Source: the human T2T-CHM13v2.0 reference genome, Homo sapiens | Length of the DNA stretch: 64,000 nt | Direction: 5' to 3' (one strand) | Assembly (NCBI RefSeq): GCF_009914755.1 | Contig: NC_060941.1 | Notes under the pieces: generated by a model | Databases searched by the model: none | Told to the model about the DNA's origin: nothing | What the model saw: the letters and a program-made list of their open reading frames with translations, nothing else | Made by a program: the position numbers and the translations under genes | In this document: positions 57,849 to 64,000 of the stretch, piece by piece | Layout of the letters: every line of letters begins with the position of its first letter | How positions within the stretch are numbered: the stretch's first letter is position 1

Positions 57849-60782
57849 CCTCTATCTGAACCTCGTCAAAAGGGAAAAATAGAACCCCATGTAAGAGACC
57901 TACCTAACATGTTGGAGCAATCAACAACGAATGTATTTGATGTCTGGAGGTAATATGCTAAGACAAATATTCTGTGAGTTCATGAGTAATAATCTTAGTA
58001 AGCAGATTCAGAAACTAAACTCAGGTAACTGATGGGTCCCTCTGGGGCCCACTGGCCACATGAGACCCATTCAGCTCTGTGCAGGGTGAAAGGCTACCTG
58101 GAAAAGATAAATGTGTGTCATACTGCATCTGAAGCAAAAGCCTCAAGAGTAACTTTTTTCCTCAGCTCCATTTCTATTTACTCCACCTAAGGATTAACAT
58201 AACATTCCCCAAAACACTGGGGAAAAGAAAGGAGGAAGGAAGAAGCAGAACAGTCAAAAAGGAAAGGTACCCTCTATCAGACTGCAGGTGATAAGGAGGT
58301 CAACCCATGCTACTTTCTGCATGAGCAGAATTTCTTTATCTTGATATTCTCTACGGAATTCTCTTTAGCAACACCCAGAGGCCCTGGCAAGCTTCCTGCT
58401 ACCATTGAGGGGAAAACCCCAAATACCATCTTTCTTCCTCCAGAGCTGGCTCATGCTCAGCCAGACCTATTTTCCCTACAGAGAAAGCTTTTTTATTAAA
58501 TGCAGGGTGAACTACAGTGGTTTGCACTCAGTAAACCCAGCATACATTCAATTCTGAAAAATCCGAAAGCCCTTTAAATCATATTACTTAAAAGTTGCAA
58601 GATAATTTTTATGTCTTTACAGTAATGAAGAGTTTGTCCGACAAAGGCTAACTGTAACATGCTTCCACAGTAATGATAATAATGGCTCATGGTTGTGCGA
58701 TACATTAAACACTTTTAAAAATAATATCTTAGTTGAATGTTACGTCTACTTTATGAGGTAGAAAAAGCAAGTATTAAAATAAAAAAATTTTAAAGACAGG
58801 ACTATTACAGATTATCTGCTTGCAGTTCCCATCTTGCAGAAGAGAAAGCTGTGCCATAATGGTAACAAACGGTGCACAGCATAACCAGTTATCCAGTCTA
58901 CCCACTCATTCATCCATTCAACAAATATTTATAGAGCTTCTGCTCCGTGCAATGCATCATCCTTTGTGCTAGAAATAAGTCAAGTATAATTATTACTTTC
59001 AAGAAGTTCATATTTGAAAAACAATGACAAACTGAGTCTGAACTCAGTTCCACTGAAAAATAAATTAGGAGGGTCTTTAAGCATTAAAGCATCTGCTGAA
59101 AAGTCCTGGAGGATGTTAGGAGATTGATTAAAAAAAAAGGGAAGACAACATCGATTCTATATTAAAAGTAAACAATTAAGGGTAAATAAAGGCATGATTA
59201 ACTCTGGAAGTACTGGGAAATAGATGAAATTATATTAGATCTCACTCTTGAGAAATTACCAGAACTAAGTTTTGATTATATTTTTCTTATTTTTGCTCTG
59301 AACTGGTAGCACATTGCTATTACCATCCAGAGAGACACTGTATTGTTTTATATTAGATAGTTTCTCTACTTACAATTAAATCACCCTATCTCATTCGCAG
59401 AAAACTAGAGTTTGCATTATATGGTATTAATTTCTTATTATGCAATTTTCCAATAAAATTTCATTATCTAAAACCACTATGCATATTCTTGCTAACATCC
59501 ACATGATTTCTATAATTTTTTCCCTTTTTTATCTATCATAATCAAACACACCAGTTAAGAATTTGACAATTTAGAAAGAATAACTAAATTGCATCTGATC
59601 AAAAATTGCACTTCACACCCCAAGTTATAAAACATAAAGAAGCCAAACCAAAAAAAAGCACTGCAGAATTTTAAATGACAAAGAACAATAGAACTGTTAA
59701 AAAATCATAATTTTAGAATTGGACCATATTTTATCATAAATCCCTTTGGTGGAGATATACATATACATATGTGGGTGTGTATACATACATACACACTCTT
59801 TTGCATTTGCATTAATCAGCGTATATGTCTTATATTCATCTAACTCTCCAGGGAAATCTGACACTCTGACATAAAATTAAGGATTTAGGTTTAAGATATC
59901 TCTGATATTCTTCATTTCCAACCAAATCCATTCACTGATTTAAGTAAATACGCATTGAGTACCTAGTAAGTTGTATATGGTAAACCAAAGTCAAAATTAT
60001 GAGTTTTCAACAGTCCTATGATTTTTTTCTCTTTTATTTTAAATTTTGCAGTGTCCTTTTGGATCTTGGCTCTTCTAATGTTCTGTGTTGGACTGTGATT
60101 CTTAATCAGACAAGATTTTAAACTAGAGGGGTGAGGCCAGCCATAAAACATAACTCTACAGCATACCAAGTGGTAATAAATGTAATGGAAAAAATAAATC
60201 AGGATAAGGGATAGGAAGTGATAGGTTACATCTAATTTACTAAGTAAATAATTATATATTTAAATTTTTCCATAAAACTTTTGAATTTTAAAAATTTAAT
60301 TAGACTAAACATAACAGTACTTGAAAGATTCTTGATCTTTCAGAATAAGTAATAGCAAACATGTATTTGAATGTTTCCTCTTTCCTTTATAGGAACGTAA
60401 GCTCCATATGGGTGAGATTTTTGTCTATTCTGTTCATGCTGTATTCTCAACATCTAGAAGTACCAGAAAATAGTACACTCAGGAAGTAGTTATTGAATAA
60501 ATTTAAATGTGTATATATATTTATATGTAAATATATATATATATGTATGCCATGCTATGTTCTAGGTACTCAGTAAATTCATTTAATCTTCACAATAATT
60601 CTATAAAGTAGGTACTATTACGCTCCCTACTTTGCAGATGAAGACACAAAGGCAAGGAGTAGCTAAGAAACTTGCTGTTAAGTGGCAGAAACAAGATTTG
60701 AACTCACATGGTAGGCTCTAGAGCCCTCATCCTTTATCCCTCTGCTGTGTTGCCTCTTATATAAGTCGAATACTCTACTTAC

Positions 60783-60920
60783 ACGAGAAAATGAAGTGCT
60801 CTCCGTTTGAATAAGCTCCGTGAAGTTAAAAATTCCCATAAGGGCATTGCTAACAATTCCCATAAGAACAGGAAAACAATTCAATTTCTTGGTATTACAC
60901 GCAACAGAAAATCTGTAATC
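60783..60920 (-). CDS. ABCA10: ABCA10 coding exon (ECD2)
   Basis: 138 nt; DYRFSVACNTKKLNCFPVLMGIVSNALMGIFNFTELIQTESTSFSR; acceptor tttttcaag|. Confidence 0.93.
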
Positions 60921-61304
60921 CTTGAAAAAAAGTACACAAATATAAGTTATAAATTCTTATAGTAAATATATTTATTGTATACTTTGTATATTACCAGAGT
61001 GGAATTAGAATGAGAAGGAGACTATTAATTTTTCTTTGACACTTCTGCCTTCTTTGAATTGGTACAAGAATGCATTATTTTTGTAATTCAAGTGACTTGT
61101 TTTGTAAATGAAATGGATTAACATTTACTAACATGAAAAGATGTCAAATATTTATATTTTATGTGACAAAGAAAGTTTCAAGCCTCCTCTAATATGATGC
61201 CGATTTAGAAAACATACTTAAGTTTCCTATAGTTCTAAGTATTAGGACGTGGCAAAAAAAACAAAAAAAAACCAAAAAAAAACAGTGCATAGAAGCAAAC
61301 ATAC

Positions 61305-61438
61305 CTTCTGGTCACCAGACACTATGATGGCTCCATTGTAGGAGGGATCATCTGAGCCATTTCTGTTTCTAAAGTCATCTATTTCCAAAACTATATCCTG
61401 ACACTTCAGTGAATGCACGAGGTCTTCAATATTTGATC
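61305..61438 (-). CDS. ABCA10: ABCA10 coding exon (ECD2)
   Basis: 134 nt; SNIEDLVHSLKCQDIVLEIDDFRNRNGSDDPSYNGAIIVSGDQK. Confidence 0.93.
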
Positions 61439-62095
61439 CTAATATAGTGGAAGGAAGGCAACAAGAAAAAAAAAAAAAAGCAAGAAAATCAAAGTCAAAG
61501 CTTAAAATAATAATGATTGCCAATCGTGTTAAGAAAAACCCAGAATAGCTTAGTAAAGAGCCTTGCTCTTTAGGAGTACAATACTATTCATTCTGATGCT
61601 ACCACATTAAGTTCCATTTACTATCTTCAATGTGACGGACTCCTTTATTCTTTTCAGAAATATATTCATTTATCTTATAATTCTCACCAGGTGAAAAGAG
61701 TTTATGAAAATAAGATTGCATTTCTCACAGGAAGAAAATTTGCTAGGAGTGACTTTTATAAACTTTACCAGAACCCTGTAATATTTGTAATTATGAATAA
61801 TACATACAAAATATACCTCATGACCCAGGCTTGTTCTAGTGATCCTGTCAACCTTAAATGGCACTAACCTTGCCATGATATTTAAAGTACTAGTAACCCA
61901 TTCAAAACATCTTTATGGAATTAAGTTAACTTGATATTTGCCATTGTGCCCATTATTTTTCTTGACTTGATTTCCATCATAGATGGAAAGGAAGTCAAGT
62001 TGGTCACAGGGAGAAGTCAAGCTATGATGCAGCCTCCACATCTGAATCAACCACCCCCGCACCAAGGGAGCTCTGGATTTAAAAGGACCCATCAG

Positions 62096-63496
62096 GGAGA
62101 GAATCCACAGATCCTTTGAAAGAGGCGGCTTGCAGCTGCAGGCTCCATGAGACAGCTGAAAAACTGAGTGCCCTCGGTGTGAAAGGGCAATGTGTGTCCC
62201 CAAACACACATCCTCACTGGGGAATCCGAAGGTTGAGATCACGGGAGGATTTTACCTTACCTGGAGCTAAGACGAATTTAGAAAGCCAAGCGAAATATAG
62301 GGGTAGAGGAAGCAGTGGGAGGAACCCTGTGGGCACTCTCAGCCCCCAGGGAAGCCATTTTTGACTTTGTCTCAGAGGGGTCCTTGGGGAGGGCTGCCAG
62401 TGGAATTGGGGAAAGACCACAGGAAGAAGGAAACTTCCAGCTGAACTTTGTAATAATTTTAACCAAATGCATAGTTTCCTGGACAGAATCTTGGGGAAGG
62501 AATGATCAGGGAGTGCAGATTCAAGCACAGAAGCCATGGCAGGGGGAAGGCACATAACCGGAGAGCCCTGCTTGCTTTCTCAAAGGGAGTCTTGTAGCAT
62601 GGGGTGAGTTCTCAGTCCTGCTCACCAGCTGCCTGGAAACAAACTCAGTTCTGTTGTAGGGGCATTGAGACCACTTTGCGGGCTGTGTGGGAACTGAATG
62701 AGGCCTGTCACTGCCGGCTTTCCCCTACTTCCCTAGCGACCTGTACGATGCAGCAGAAGCAGCCATAATCTCCCTGGGAACATAACTCCATCGGCCATGC
62801 CCCACAGGAGCTGCTGCAAGCCCTGTCCAAGTACAGTCTAAGCTCAGACGTGCCTAACCCTGCCCTCACCTGCTGGTCTTTCTCCACCCGCCCTGGTAAA
62901 CATAATCTCTTGGAAGTTCTATGGCCCTGACCCACCACCTGAGAAACCTGAATACTTATCCAGGCGACCCTAGGGCAAGCTTGCATCCTCCCTATACTAC
63001 CATAGCTGATGCTCTCTTGAAAGTGCCACCTCCAGGCTGGAGGCTGACCAACACTGTTCCAGCACACTAAACAAAACTACAACCAAGGACCCTCACAGAG
63101 TCCACTTCACTCCCCTGCTACCTCCACCAGAACAGGTGCTGGTACCCACGGCTGCGAGACCTGAAGATGGATCAAAAAATAATAGATGTTGGCATGGATG
63201 TGATGAAAAGGGAACACTTTTACACTGTTGGTGGGAATATAAACTAGTAAAACCACTATGGAAAACAGTGTGGAGATTCCTTAAAGAACTAAAAGTAAGT
63301 CTACCGATTGATCCAGCAATTCCACTCCTGGGCATCTACTCAGAGGAAAAGAAGTCATATGAAAAAGATACTTGCACACACATTTATAGCAGCACAGTTC
63401 ACAATTGCGAAAATATGGAACCAGCCCAAGTGCCCATCCATCAACAAGTGGATTAAAAAAGTTATATATATATGTATATGTGTGTGTGTGTGTATA

Positions 63497-63530
<34 letters not shown>

Positions 63531-63539
63531 ACTTTTTAA

Positions 63540-63575
<36 letters not shown>

Positions 63576-63960
63576 TGGAATACTACTAATCCATAAAACG
63601 AAATGAAGTAATGACATTTGTAGCAACCTGGATGGAGTTGGAGACCATCATTCTAAGTGAAGGTAACTCAGGAATGGAAAACCAAACATCATATGTTATC
63701 ACTTATAAGTGGGAGCTAAGCTATGAAGGTGCAAAGGCATAAGAATGATACAATGGATTTTGAGGACTTGGGAAAGGGTGGGACGGGGTTGAGGGATAAA
63801 AGACTACACATTGAGTATAGTGTACACTGCTCAGGTGATGAGTCCACCAAAATCTCAGAAATCACCATTAAAGAACTTATACATGTAACCAAACACCACC
63901 TGTTTTCCACAAACCTATTGAAATAAAGATAATACAAAATAAAAAATATTAAAAAAGAAA
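62096..63960 (+). mobile_element. Internally deleted L1 (L1PB-like): 5' UTR fused to 3' end
   Basis: GC-richer 5' UTR-like part 62096-~63174 joined to the ORF2 end/3' UTR/polyA; flanking direct repeat acccatcag at 62087-62095 and 63965-63973. Confidence 0.75.
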
Positions 63961-64000
63961 ATTAACCCATCAGTTTCCTTCATTTGAAAATGGAGCAAGC

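Overview
Human genomic DNA (AT-rich, dense in Alu/L1/LTR/DNA transposons) that I recognise as part of the ABCA6-like lipid-transporter cluster (17q24). Both genes lie on the minus strand, head to tail. 1-~20.5 kb holds the 5' part of ABCA6: a promoter region, a non-coding first exon and 9 coding exons (1436 nt CDS, ~478 aa: TM1, extracellular domain, rest of TMD1); the gene continues beyond position 1. ~26.6-64 kb holds the 3' part of ABCA10: 19 exons (2135 nt including stop, ~710 aa: second ECD/TMD2, NBD2, C-terminus) plus the 3' UTR. All exon boundaries were read by hand as GT-AG and keep a continuous reading frame. Introns carry near-full-length HSMAR2 and Tigger2 fossils, a twin-primed (5'-inverted) L1PA, an internally deleted L1PB-like element, MaLR/ERVL LTRs and many Alus. 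I found no convincing new biological system. The best second-look items are a strong-Kozak uORF 5 nt before the ABCA6 start with a bypassing cryptic acceptor, a consensus-grade poison exon in ABCA10, a duplicated ABCA10 splice donor, and several small template-switch rearrangements. Gene and repeat subfamily names come from memory of the sequences, not from database searches.
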